Below are positions 36,224 to 46,153 of a stretch of DNA of 64,000 bases, piece after piece (the stretch's first letter is position 1; every line of letters begins with the position of its first letter). A model generated the notes under the pieces. The model made no database searches and had not been told where the DNA came from. It saw nothing but the letters and a program-made list of their open reading frames with translations. The stretch covers positions 160,001 through 224,000 of IMG/VR virus record IMGVR_UViG_3300047469_000103; one strand, 5' to 3'. The stretch is from a virus (lineage: Duplodnaviria; Caudoviricetes). The position numbers and the translations under genes are program-made.

Positions 36224-37813
36224 TTAAATGGTTGCTACAGCGGTAGACAATTGTCCAGTCGCGGCGACAGTGGTTGTGAACAAAATGCGTTTCGAATAAC
36301 GCTCAGGCTGAATCATGTAGACCAGCGCAACGTCACCGTTTGCAACTTGTGCAGCAGGGTTTGTATCTTTGTCGCATTTAACGCTGAATGCGTACAGACC
36401 GCGAGCATTCAGAATCGGTTTCAGGATTGCGGTTACAACGCCTTCCAATTGTTGCCACAGGTATTCGTCGTTTGGATCGAACAGGCCGACCAGCACGTCG
36501 TATTTCGCAGTGGTTTCAATCGTGTTAATCAGGCGGCGAACAGGAACATCCGACAGAGCCGATTTCTCAGCTTGCAGAGTTTGTGCGCCCCACACGCAAT
36601 AACCGTAACCGGCAAATTTCTGAATCATGTTGATCTGGTTTTGATCCAGAATGTTGCGATCATTCAGCGAATACTTTTGACGGATTCCGCGAATTTCTTT
36701 AATCACACCACGAATCACACCAGCAGGCGCCCACCACTCGGCCTTCATTGCGTCAGACTGTGCGTAAACAGCAGCAACAGCACCGGAACAAGGCACGTAA
36801 ATTTCTTGGTTTTCGTCTGTCAGTTCCAGAATGTCAGAGCAGTACATCGCACCGAAACTGGTATTTGCATTGAGGATGTTACGACGGTAATCAACAGCGC
36901 GTGCAACGGTTTGCATATCCGAAGGAATGTCGAGAATTGCAAAGCAGTCCCGGCGCTCTTCAGCGAGTTGCAGCATGCGTTGTTGCACACCAGTATCGGT
37001 ATAACCGGCGTTAATCAAAACGCGAATTTCGTAATCATCTTCGTTGTCGAACAAATCCCAACCTTCGATGATATCGCCAGCGTTCGACTTGCGACCGTTG
37101 TCACCGAAAGAAAGATCAACTTGTGCGACTGCGTTAATCAGACGCGCTTTGCCTTCCGAAGAAATCCACGCAGGATTTGTTTCGTTGACCTTTGCACGAA
37201 TGCGCGAGTCATTTGCTTGCAGTTGATACTCAATGTTCAGTTGTTTATTCTGACCACTGGTTTTGTCGCGCAGAGTGCCGCGATAAGTTTCAACCGGGTT
37301 GCTGAAATTCGTTTCGAAAACTTGCAAAACAAACAGTTCGTTTTCAACATCGTTAACGTCTGGATAAACCAGAACGCGCAAGTTGTTGTTCCACGTACCG
37401 GGGTTTGCGCCGTACAGGAAAAGAATTTCATCAGGCAATTGATTGTGATCGGTTGCCGGTGCCAGATAACCGTTGGTTGCAGATTTCGGTGTGCAGAAAC
37501 CGTCAACTGTACGGAAAGAAGCAGAACCGTAATTCGCTTCAGTATCAACGCGAACAAACCACAATCGCTGTGCGGTATTCAGGAATCGTTCTGCGCAAAA
37601 ATGCGCGTAGGTGAGCGAAGCGTCACGGCGACCGAAAACTTGTCGCCATTGTGCAACACCATTCGAGATTTCAGTTGGAACGCCAACCGGGCCACGAACT
37701 GCGTCACCTACCATTGCGCCCGTGCTGGGGTACGTGGACGATGCGGAAAAGGAATTATCCTGTTCACCACCATACACGCCCGCAGACGTATTGCTGCCGT
37801 TTTGAAGGGGCAT
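36224..37813 (-). CDS. Tail sheath protein 1
   Basis: WWAPAG..RG, NQINMI, WGAQTL, VPVRRL, FDPND sheath motifs. Confidence 0.92.
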   Translation of the reverse strand: MPLQNGSNTSAGVYGGEQDNSFSASSTYPSTGAMVGDAVRGPVGVPTEISNGVAQWRQVFGRRDASLTYAHFCAERFLNTAQRLWFVRVDTEANYGSASFRTVDGFCTPKSATNGYLAPATDHNQLPDEILFLYGANPGTWNNNLRVLVYPDVNDVENELFVLQVFETNFSNPVETYRGTLRDKTSGQNKQLNIEYQLQANDSRIRAKVNETNPAWISSEGKARLINAVAQVDLSFGDNGRKSNAGDIIEGWDLFDNEDDYEIRVLINAGYTDTGVQQRMLQLAEERRDCFAILDIPSDMQTVARAVDYRRNILNANTSFGAMYCSDILELTDENQEIYVPCSGAVAAVYAQSDAMKAEWWAPAGVIRGVIKEIRGIRQKYSLNDRNILDQNQINMIQKFAGYGYCVWGAQTLQAEKSALSDVPVRRLINTIETTAKYDVLVGLFDPNDEYLWQQLEGVVTAILKPILNARGLYAFSVKCDKDTNPAAQVANGDVALVYMIQPERYSKRILFTTTVAATGQLSTAVATI

Positions 37814-37855
37814 GGTATTTTTCTCCAGTTATCTCCCACTCAATGGGATTACTTA

Positions 37856-37862
37856 TAAATTA
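37856..37862 (-). promoter_or_regulatory. Candidate late promoter TAATTTA
   Basis: 43 nt upstream of sheath 1; overlaps the upstream stop. Confidence 0.45.
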
Positions 37863-39209
37863 CGCTTTTATTAACGTGCAGCGAACTGGTTTGTCTGCGT
37901 AAAGCTTGATTGTTCCGGCAAAAGAACCATTCAGGAAAAATGAACCATTAATCTTGAATACAACCGGAGCGCTTTCTACGTTCGTATCGTCCACAATCGT
38001 TTCGCATTCCGCAGTCGGAGCCATGATTGTGTCGATGTTTTTGGTTACGATTAAACCGTTTGATTCGTAACTCAATGTGAGCGGTTGTCCGGGCAACGCA
38101 AGATTAACCAGCGTCGGAAGTGTGAGCGAAAAAAGCCCGGAATACTGATACGCCAAATCCATCGGAACGGATGTGGAAATACCAGTTGTTGCATTGGTGA
38201 ATTTCATTAACGCCGTTGCGGGCAGATTGTAATCCTGAATATTCACGGTGAACGGTTTAGCAACATCGGCAATCGCAACGGTGTCCATTACTGGCATTAC
38301 AGGCGCGGCGGCGATGGTCAGTGTTTTGGAAATATTCAGAACTTGTCCGTAAATATCTTTACCCAAAACAACCACAGTTAATTCGTCGCCTTCTTGTACG
38401 GCAAACGAATCTGGTGTGTCTTCATACGAGAGTGCAACAGGTGTAAATGTTCCGATTACTTTCGACAGGGATGTGCCTGTGCGATTGTTGGTAATCGACA
38501 GCATGGTTCCTGCTGGATTCTTTACGCGCAAATTCAACGCGGAATCGAACGGTGCAGACGTTGGCATTTCAATGCTGGTTTCTGCGAAGTCCAGCGTCAC
38601 AGTTACGTCGATGGAAATTTCACGCGACAAACCATTAGCCGCATACGCTTCTTCGTAACTGATACGCAGGGTGTCGTCTTTCTGGCAGTACATTACGCCG
38701 TCGAAATCCACACCTTTTGCATCGTTGTTTTGTGTCTGGAAAAATCCAGAATAAACGCCCTGACTTTCACGATTGAGATTTGCTGTTTCAGTCTCGCCCG
38801 TGCGCAAGTTCATAACGTCTACGGAAATTGGTGCAGCGGTGTAAACGTCTTTATCCGTAACCCGCACGGTAATAAAGCGGCCCGCTTGTGTAGCGCCTAC
38901 AGTTTCCATCGTCGCATCGAAATAGATTTGTTCGGTGCGCACTTCCGGCTCAGGGATGGAACCAAAGCTGGTAAATTCAGCAGTGATTTCATACGGACAC
39001 TGAATCGAAACGAGGTTGTGAACGTCTTTCATTGTGTAGGGATTATCTGGCCCCACGGTGATATCGGTTTGCGTCATTGATGCTTCGGTGATTTTCGTAG
39101 CAACCGAGAAATCACCCTGTCCAATGCGACGGACTTTATCGACGACAAAGTGTTTAATTTCCGTCACGACTGTTTTAGCGAGCGGTTTGTAAATGTCGCG
39201 TACTTTCAT
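37860..39209 (-). CDS. Putative virion structural protein
   Basis: Beta-rich 449 aa within the morphogenesis block. Confidence 0.6.
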   Translation of the reverse strand: MKVRDIYKPLAKTVVTEIKHFVVDKVRRIGQGDFSVATKITEASMTQTDITVGPDNPYTMKDVHNLVSIQCPYEITAEFTSFGSIPEPEVRTEQIYFDATMETVGATQAGRFITVRVTDKDVYTAAPISVDVMNLRTGETETANLNRESQGVYSGFFQTQNNDAKGVDFDGVMYCQKDDTLRISYEEAYAANGLSREISIDVTVTLDFAETSIEMPTSAPFDSALNLRVKNPAGTMLSITNNRTGTSLSKVIGTFTPVALSYEDTPDSFAVQEGDELTVVVLGKDIYGQVLNISKTLTIAAAPVMPVMDTVAIADVAKPFTVNIQDYNLPATALMKFTNATTGISTSVPMDLAYQYSGLFSLTLPTLVNLALPGQPLTLSYESNGLIVTKNIDTIMAPTAECETIVDDTNVESAPVVFKINGSFFLNGSFAGTIKLYADKPVRCTLIKA

Positions 39210-39928
39210 GAGTGATCCGCCGTCTGGATTTCGGTATATTCTTCGTCAATAATGTCGCCATCAGGTGTGACGATGATTGCGCCCATTTCGAAAGCGCCCA
39301 AGTTATTAACCTTGGCAACTTCCTTACTAACGCCCGTCCACGTATTCGACGTAAACGAAATTTGAATATCGAAACCTTCAGGATCGTTTTCAGCGTCTTT
39401 ATCAGCACGCGGAATTGCGATTTCTTTTGAGTCAGGTTTGATATCCACAAACGACGATACAGCATCACTCGTTACCCGGATGTTCATCGACTTCGCGTCA
39501 GTGAGAATCAGGGCTTGCGAAATAAAACGAATTACGTCTGTGTAATCGTTCGTCACGTAATGGAATTCGTAACGCAACGTAATGGGAAACATGAAGTGCT
39601 TTGTGATGGTGCTATTCTTTGAGGACAAAGACATACCAGCACTGTGCCGCCGCAGGTTTGGCGACAGCAAATGATTCTCTGCGTTCCCGATGGAAGTAAA
39701 ACTGATATACGCATAGGGATACGTCGGCTCAAAATGATTGCGCAGCATTTGTTTCACATCGTTGTTGTGAACAAACGGCAACTCTTTCACTTTGAAGAAA
39801 TTCTTAAACGCTTTTCGAATGCCGTGAAAGCTTGCATACAAGTGCGTTTGTTTGAACGCTTGATTGCCCAACAAATCTTTTCTGCGCATTTCCTCCCGCA
39901 TGTCTTGCGTAGCTTTCGTTTCTGACAT
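39206..39928 (-). CDS. Putative neck / tail-completion protein
   Basis: Position between capsid and sheath genes; function by synteny only. Confidence 0.45.
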   Translation of the reverse strand: MSETKATQDMREEMRRKDLLGNQAFKQTHLYASFHGIRKAFKNFFKVKELPFVHNNDVKQMLRNHFEPTYPYAYISFTSIGNAENHLLSPNLRRHSAGMSLSSKNSTITKHFMFPITLRYEFHYVTNDYTDVIRFISQALILTDAKSMNIRVTSDAVSSFVDIKPDSKEIAIPRADKDAENDPEGFDIQISFTSNTWTGVSKEVAKVNNLGAFEMGAIIVTPDGDIIDEEYTEIQTADHS

Positions 39929-39947
39929 TTTTTACGCTCCACAAACG

Positions 39948-39984
39948 AAAAAAGGCCGATGCGATTTCTCACAGCGGCCTTTTC
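39948..39984 (-). terminator. Intrinsic terminator (possibly bidirectional)
   Basis: AAAAGGCCG/CGGCCTTTT. Confidence 0.7.
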
Positions 39985-39985
39985 G

Positions 39986-40513
39986 TTAAAGCTTGATCGT
40001 TACACGGCCCGGCTGTAGCGGTACGCTTACTTCGCGGTTTTTTCTCACCAACGATTCATCATCGTAGGGTTCAAGATCGACCGAGGAAGAAATTGCCAAT
40101 AGTTGAGGATCGACAATAATGGATTCACCATCTTCCAGAAAACGTTTATGCGCATGAACCGCGCTAGCAATCGAAACAATTTGTCCGAGTGCCGATGAAT
40201 CGTTCCCGTGAAGGGAAGGACTCCATGTATTTTCTGAAGGGGATGTGCCGCCGTGATTAGCGTTCGGCATCATTACGTTAACGTCGTCAACGTATGAATT
40301 AAATCCATCCATACCGTCACCGTCCGCACCGCTAGCTTCGTTGCATCCTACTTGCGCAGGGCCACAACTCTGAAAAGCGGGTTGCAAAGAACTGTTCAAA
40401 ACATTTGAAAATTCTTCACAGTTGCAAGCCTGTTCAAGCACTTGCAAGGCGAGTTCTTTTCTTCCGTTTTTGCAGCACAATGCAGCGAGGGTAAACAGTG
40501 CCTGAATATCCAT
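39986..40513 (-). CDS. Hypothetical head-region protein
   Basis: AGGAG SD; directly after the MCP. Confidence 0.75.
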   Translation of the reverse strand: MDIQALFTLAALCCKNGRKELALQVLEQACNCEEFSNVLNSSLQPAFQSCGPAQVGCNEASGADGDGMDGFNSYVDDVNVMMPNANHGGTSPSENTWSPSLHGNDSSALGQIVSIASAVHAHKRFLEDGESIIVDPQLLAISSSVDLEPYDDESLVRKNREVSVPLQPGRVTIKL

Positions 40514-40580
40514 AACATTCTCCTAAATTCTAATCGCGGTAAAAAGGGGCGCTCCTAATTACCGCGACCGGAGGTGTTAT

Positions 40581-41666
40581 TTACACGAGGCGTTTGCCTT
40601 TGGCGATGGAACGGTTGTTCGCGAGTACAAACGAGAACATTTCGCTCAGCAACCAACCTTTCGAGGTGGAGCCTTCGTAGGCGCCGTCAACCGGAGTCGA
40701 ACGGATACCGCCACGAGTGGAGTATGCAGCGTGGTTTTGTGCATCGGAGACGATGTAAATTTCGCCTTTTTCCAGAACCTTTTGGTTCGGCTGACGGAAT
40801 GCGTCAGTTACCAGATTCAGACCGACCAGAGTACCGAGTTGACCATTCAGGGCCAGATCGTATTTGGTGATCGGATCGAGGAAAGTTGCGAAATCGTTCG
40901 AACCGATAATGTCCGACCAGTAATCGTTCGCGATGATTGCGGTGGTGGCTGGCAGGTTCCATTGAGCAACGGCTTGACGCAGTTTGCCGAGGTTTTTGGT
41001 GGTCAGTTCACCGGCGATGTATTCCAGTGGGTTCATCATGCCGACAGTGGCGTCAGCAGCTTTTTTCCACAGGCGGTCTTCTTGAACCATGATGGCTTGC
41101 AGAGCATCGTTGTAAGCATGTTCCAGCAAATCACCATTTACTTGTTCCATGTCCAGAGCCGAAACACGCACGTTGGCGATGATTTCGAATTCTGCTGGCT
41201 GGAAAGTACGGTTACGAATTTGCTGATAACCAACACCAGCAGGGCCGGTGGCGATTACAGCCATTGCGTCATGCGGAGGCATCGGAACGCGTTGAACTTC
41301 GCCGGTACGCAGCGTATTACCGACAGAAACTTTACGCAGGAAACCGTCGCGGTCTGCTTGCTCGTAAACCTGTTGGGCGATGTTTGCGCCCAGTGCTTTC
41401 CAGTTGGCATCGGACGACAGAGCGTCAGCCAGAATTTCGCGATGCGAAGCGATAACTTCTGGTTGTTTTTCTTGAACGATTTGGCCGGAAGCAAAAGCTT
41501 CCATGAACAGACCAACTTGGCGGGCCAAGTCTTTTTTGTCATGGGCGTTGAATTCGCCAGTGTTGGAACTCAGTGCAAGTTCCTGACCTTTTTTGTAGCG
41601 CAGTTCTTCGAGCGGGTTGCCGTTGGCCAGAACCATACGAGCGTTTTTGAATTGTTTAGCAGACAT
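40581..41666 (-). CDS. Major capsid protein
   Basis: 361 aa, strongly biased codons, follows scaffold and protease; HK97-like layout. Confidence 0.8.
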   Translation of the reverse strand: MSAKQFKNARMVLANGNPLEELRYKKGQELALSSNTGEFNAHDKKDLARQVGLFMEAFASGQIVQEKQPEVIASHREILADALSSDANWKALGANIAQQVYEQADRDGFLRKVSVGNTLRTGEVQRVPMPPHDAMAVIATGPAGVGYQQIRNRTFQPAEFEIIANVRVSALDMEQVNGDLLEHAYNDALQAIMVQEDRLWKKAADATVGMMNPLEYIAGELTTKNLGKLRQAVAQWNLPATTAIIANDYWSDIIGSNDFATFLDPITKYDLALNGQLGTLVGLNLVTDAFRQPNQKVLEKGEIYIVSDAQNHAAYSTRGGIRSTPVDGAYEGSTSKGWLLSEMFSFVLANNRSIAKGKRLV

Positions 41667-41712
41667 GGGTAAATCTCCAGAATTGTTCTCGATTTTTTCT
41701 TTAATCGAAAGA

Positions 41713-42450
41713 TTAGGCGTTGGTTACTTTAACAACCAGCGGGCCGTAGGAAGCAGCGTCAGCAACAGGGGTCTGCATGACGATGACGTTTTCCAGAGTG
41801 GTGCCGGTGCCCGATGCGGTCAGACGACCGTCAACACCCAGTTTCGGATGTACTACAGCGGCCCAGTCGGTGCTGGCGTCGTAGAAAGTGGTAGCCAACG
41901 ATTCGGCGCGAGTGGTAACGCCAATGCGTTCTTGTTCGGTCGAAGCCAAACCGCCGATTTGCAGATCGCCCAGTACGGTGCGAGCTTCGGAAACGGTTGG
42001 TTCGTACATGAATTGAACGAACAATTCTTTACCGTTGTCACCCGGTACAGCAGGGTTTGCGCCTTCGGCAGCGGTGCCGAGGAAGAAATACAGTTTGGTG
42101 CCGACAAGTTGCACTTTGCCTTCAACCGGAGCGTTTGCAGAAATCGACAGAGTGTCGCCGCCAACTTGAACCAGAATTTGGCCGGTGATTGGCATGCGAG
42201 CCAGATCAACAACGCCGCTTTCTGGAACAACAACGCCGGAAACGATTTTCGGCAGGAAAGCAGGTGGGGAATTTCGGTTCAGTGCGAAACCGGCGAAGAT
42301 TTCACCGTTGGCGCCAGTCGAAGGACGAACATACGAACGACCGTTGACTTTAGTCCAGACCAGAGCAACGCCTTCTTCTTGAATGACGATACCCGGCTCA
42401 ACGTCACGGAATTCAGTGTTGAAAGTGCGAGTGTATTTTTGAACGAGCAT
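41713..42450 (-). CDS. Putative head decoration / capsid-associated protein
   Basis: Between scaffold and MCP; biased codons; GGAG SD. Confidence 0.55.
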   Translation of the reverse strand: MLVQKYTRTFNTEFRDVEPGIVIQEEGVALVWTKVNGRSYVRPSTGANGEIFAGFALNRNSPPAFLPKIVSGVVVPESGVVDLARMPITGQILVQVGGDTLSISANAPVEGKVQLVGTKLYFFLGTAAEGANPAVPGDNGKELFVQFMYEPTVSEARTVLGDLQIGGLASTEQERIGVTTRAESLATTFYDASTDWAAVVHPKLGVDGRLTASGTGTTLENVIVMQTPVADAASYGPLVVKVTNA

Positions 42451-42465
42451 GGAATTTCTCCAATT

Positions 42466-44346
42466 TTAATTGAATTTCAGACCGGCGAGTTTGGTCTGGA
42501 AAGAAGAAGGTTCGGCGGCCTGTGCAGAAGATGCAGTAGCTTCAAAACCTTGTGGCTTTTGTTGCACTTGTTGCGGACGTTCAACAGGGCGGCCAACGCT
42601 CATGGAAGAAGCGGTAGCAACATTCACTGGCTCAACGTCCATAACAGCTTGGGCCAGTTGGTTTTGCACAGTCAGATCGTATTTCAGAATTTCACTGGCT
42701 TTTGCAATGAGTTGTTTGTTGTACGCGTCGGAATGTTCACCGAATGCACGTTGCAGCAAATCATCGCCGCCGACGATGCCCAGTTCTTCCATAGTGGAAG
42801 CAATGGCAACGCGAATCGGGTTTTTCAGGTCTTTGAAGAAACCACCGTTAACGCCTTGTGCGGCGGTAGCGAGAGCAGCTTCAAAACGCGAGGCGTATTC
42901 GTTACCGTCACGCGAAGCAGCTTCTGCAATATTTGCAGTTTGTTCGCTTACTTGAGTGGCGATATTTGCAGCGACAACGGCGTCAACCGAAACAACCGGT
43001 TTGATTTCTTCGAAACGCAATTGTTCGATTGCAGCAGGAATGCCTTGCTCAGCAGCAACTGCTTTAAATGCGCGACCGAAATGCGCATCAGCAAAAGTAG
43101 CTGGATTTTCAGCAGCAGAAGCGATTGCTTTTGCGAAAGGAATACCATTGTGGAATGCAAGCCACGTTGGTTCGCCTTGAATGGTGCCAGCGAAGGCAAC
43201 TTCAACGGCGTCGTCTTTCATGTCAGTCGAAGCAATGGCAACGAAAGAAGCAGTGATTTCCACTTTTTCTGGCTCCACGGCAGCGGCAGCAGTAGCCACT
43301 TCTGGTTTAACTTCTTCGCCAGTTGCTACGGCAGAAGCAGTTGCAACTTCAGGAGTTTTTGCGACTTTTTGCTTGCGGCGAACGCCACCTTTTTTGGTGT
43401 CGGAAGCGAGCGAAAGCGACAGGTCTTCATCGTCGTCTTCTTCCTCTTCTTCCTCTTCCTCTTCGGAGTCGTCTTCTTCCTCTTCCTCTTCTTCGTCTTC
43501 TTCTTCGTCTTCGGTGTCGTCTTCTTCCTCTTCTTCCTCGTCGAAATCTTCGTCGGAGAAATCATCAGAAGCAGTAGCTTTTTCCTGTTCCGACATTACG
43601 TCAGCAGGATCAATCAAACCGCTCGAAGTTGCAGGGCAGAAAATCGGAGATTGGTCGCTGCAAACAATGTGCAGTTGACCATTTTCTTCGGTCGAAGCAG
43701 CAGTGGTCAAATAGTGTGCTTTCACTTGACCATTTTCCGATGCAACAGCAATTTGCGGAACGTAGTCAGCAACTGCGGTGGCTTCGGTGCCTTTGTAAAT
43801 GTCGAAATTCAGTGGCTGGTTAGAAATAACCATCACGTCATCGCATTGTGCGGCGAAGGTTTCGCACGCGCCGGTAGCCAGTGCGCGATAGGCTTGTGCA
43901 GCACCTTTACGCGAACTTGCAACAGCGAGCAGAATTTCCTTAACCGGTTTGCTTTGATTGGTTTTCAAGTCGGTGTCTTCCATTTGTGGTAACGCGGAAG
44001 CGCAGGACGGGCAATTTTGCAGAAGCTCTTCGCTATCCGCAAACACGTGAGAACCGCAACCCGAAGCACAAGCTTGATAAAATGCGTCCAAATCGCCATC
44101 GGCGGAAGCGGTCGCAACCATTTCGTGTTTTTCGTCTTCTGGTACAGCGACCATTTCTTCCCCATTAAGAGGATTCAAAAGCTGCATGCCAACAGTTTGT
44201 GCAGTAGCAATAGCGAATTCGCCATCTTTACTTTCCAATACCTGATAGCTACCAGAAGCAACAGCACGGAAATGATCCATTGCTTGTTCTTGAGTGTCGG
44301 CTGCCACGACGATCCCACGTAGGCGCGAGGTTCGTTTAATAGACAT
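42466..44346 (-). CDS. Putative scaffold / prohead core protein with long acidic tract
   Basis: About 50-residue D/E run, C-terminal helical region, position; start refined to MSIKRT. Confidence 0.6.
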   Translation of the reverse strand: MSIKRTSRLRGIVVAADTQEQAMDHFRAVASGSYQVLESKDGEFAIATAQTVGMQLLNPLNGEEMVAVPEDEKHEMVATASADGDLDAFYQACASGCGSHVFADSEELLQNCPSCASALPQMEDTDLKTNQSKPVKEILLAVASSRKGAAQAYRALATGACETFAAQCDDVMVISNQPLNFDIYKGTEATAVADYVPQIAVASENGQVKAHYLTTAASTEENGQLHIVCSDQSPIFCPATSSGLIDPADVMSEQEKATASDDFSDEDFDEEEEEEDDTEDEEEDEEEEEEEDDSEEEEEEEEEDDDEDLSLSLASDTKKGGVRRKQKVAKTPEVATASAVATGEEVKPEVATAAAAVEPEKVEITASFVAIASTDMKDDAVEVAFAGTIQGEPTWLAFHNGIPFAKAIASAAENPATFADAHFGRAFKAVAAEQGIPAAIEQLRFEEIKPVVSVDAVVAANIATQVSEQTANIAEAASRDGNEYASRFEAALATAAQGVNGGFFKDLKNPIRVAIASTMEELGIVGGDDLLQRAFGEHSDAYNKQLIAKASEILKYDLTVQNQLAQAVMDVEPVNVATASSMSVGRPVERPQQVQQKPQGFEATASSAQAAEPSSFQTKLAGLKFN

Positions 44347-44406
44347 GGTTAGCTCCCATAAGAGGCGTGGAATCAAACCCACATTAAAAAATTAACAAAA
44401 ACAGAT

Positions 44407-44769
44407 TTAGATCAGTTTCAGGACAAAGCCGCGAACCTTTCGGCAAATGGCTTGGACGCTGGAATGAACCGTGCTGCCTTCATAGTTGATTACTTCGCCA
44501 TTAATGTTTGTTTCACCTCTATATTGCCAATCGGTTTCGCCGCGAACAAAGGCAATATATCCGGTGCCCATATCTGAAACGAAATCAATCTGTGCGCTAT
44601 GGTGAGGTTTACCCGCTCCAACGTGATCGTATTCAATCTCGTATTTAAGCATTCCCTTTCGAATCTCGGGAATGTCAGAAATATGCGACTTCAGATTGCG
44701 TAAATCAAATGATTGCGGCAGGTGCATGCTGTTTAATGGCGAGGCTGCTAGTGCAATTTGTACATCCAT
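44407..44769 (-). CDS. Hypothetical head-region protein
   Basis: AGGAG SD; TAATTTA motif upstream. Confidence 0.7.
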   Translation of the reverse strand: MDVQIALAASPLNSMHLPQSFDLRNLKSHISDIPEIRKGMLKYEIEYDHVGAGKPHHSAQIDFVSDMGTGYIAFVRGETDWQYRGETNINGEVINYEGSTVHSSVQAICRKVRGFVLKLI

Positions 44770-44796
44770 ATAGCAGACTCCTAAACGCTACAGTTA

Positions 44797-44803
44797 TAAA
44801 TTA
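44797..44803 (-). promoter_or_regulatory. Candidate late promoter TAATTTA
   Basis: Immediately after the terminator, 28 nt before 44769. Confidence 0.55.
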
Positions 44804-44824
44804 GCCCAAACAGAAATGCGGGCC

Positions 44825-44865
44825 AAAAAAAAAGCCCTAACCGGCGGGGGAACCGGAAAGGGCTT
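44825..44865 (-). terminator. Intrinsic terminator
   Basis: AAGCCCT-TT-CCGG-loop-CCGG-TT-AGGGC plus T9. Confidence 0.8.
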
Positions 44866-44998
44866 AAAGTGGTAAAACACATATGGAGCGAATCAGCCTA
44901 CCCTAGTAAGCTAATATTAAATTAAGGTCTTTTTCAAACCCTATTAAAGCGTTTGTTTCGTTTAAATGTCCGGGCGAACGTCCATTCATTTATTCCTT

Positions 44999-45814
44999 TT
45001 AAATGTGCAATCCTTTTGGATCGAGAATGGTATCGCCAATAGCGGAAACATAAGAAGGATCGCCATAACCCGAACGATAACCATCAACGCCCGAACGCCC
45101 ACCAATGTTTTCCAGCAATGACAATTCAAAGCCGGTAATGTTTTCGCAACGACGATAAGCCAAACGACCATCCAGAAGTTTGTACGTCGGTTTACGCGGG
45201 CGGGTATGGCTGCAAGGGGAACCAACGCCTTTACCTGCTTGATGCGAACAAATAGAACATTTATAAGCACTATAAAACATGCCCATAGAATAAGTGTTCA
45301 ATTCGCGTTTCAATACACGAGCAACGCGCACCGGGTCGCGGGTACGATCCATTGCTGCCAGCATTACCAGTTTTTGCACACCTTCAAACGGCGTAGGGCG
45401 CATATAAGTACCGAGGATTAATCCCCGTACCCATTCAGGTTTGTGCTGGTGTTCAACATACATCGGGGCGCCTTCCCACGTTTTATATGCCATTTGTTTT
45501 TGATCGGCATTCCAACGCAGGAATTCCGCCAATGAAACCGAATCACCGTTTGTATTCGGAATATCGGTAATCATTGCAGGAACGGGAACCAGAATATAAT
45601 CGTTAATATCCTTGGAAAGCCCGTGGTATTCAGCAGCACGCGGCAACCAAATATTCGATTGCAACGTTTGCATTTCACCAGTACCAGAAACAGTACCGTT
45701 TACGGTAACAGAACCATCACCGTTTTTTGTAATGCCATGTAATTCAGTAGGCGCTAAAGGCGTGCCCATGCTGAATGCTGTTGCTTGAAACTGGTCGTCC
45801 ATATTGATTTCCAT
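44999..45814 (-). CDS. Putative prohead maturation protease
   Basis: PNTNGD, YVEHQH, YSMG then CSIC...CSH, GFELS pattern and position upstream of scaffold/MCP. Confidence 0.6.
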   Translation of the reverse strand: MEINMDDQFQATAFSMGTPLAPTELHGITKNGDGSVTVNGTVSGTGEMQTLQSNIWLPRAAEYHGLSKDINDYILVPVPAMITDIPNTNGDSVSLAEFLRWNADQKQMAYKTWEGAPMYVEHQHKPEWVRGLILGTYMRPTPFEGVQKLVMLAAMDRTRDPVRVARVLKRELNTYSMGMFYSAYKCSICSHQAGKGVGSPCSHTRPRKPTYKLLDGRLAYRRCENITGFELSLLENIGGRSGVDGYRSGYGDPSYVSAIGDTILDPKGLHI

Positions 45815-46146
45815 TATTTGCCTCCAGTGTAGTGATCGCGCACCCATTGGCGGGCATCGGAAATCGACAATTGATTAGGGTTTTTTAGCGACAACAATCC
45901 TTCCTCACTTTGACTAACATGAACGTTCGGATTTTCTTCGTCGAATTCATGATCGTGTAAGAATGGATCGAATTGTTTATGGTGGAGTTTCGCAGTCCAC
46001 ATCGCCGTGGTTTGAGAGCGATCAACGCTTTCGTCATCCACGGCGGATATGGTGGCAATGCGTTTCTCCCCGTCGCAAACCCAAACATTTGTCCGTTCGT
46101 GCATTGGCAAATGTCTTTCTTCCGGGTCAGCAAGAAAAGTCAGCAT
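45814..46146 (-). CDS. Hypothetical protein
   Basis: Start refined to MLTFLA with TGAGGT SD. Confidence 0.65.
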   Translation of the reverse strand: MLTFLADPEERHLPMHERTNVWVCDGEKRIATISAVDDESVDRSQTTAMWTAKLHHKQFDPFLHDHEFDEENPNVHVSQSEEGLLSLKNPNQLSISDARQWVRDHYTGGK

Positions 46147-46153
46147 AAATACC

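Noticed and set aside
43400-43570. TCTTCC/TCG microsatellite-like repeats
   Set aside because: Explained by the Asp/Glu tract of the scaffold protein; no spacers, so not CRISPR.
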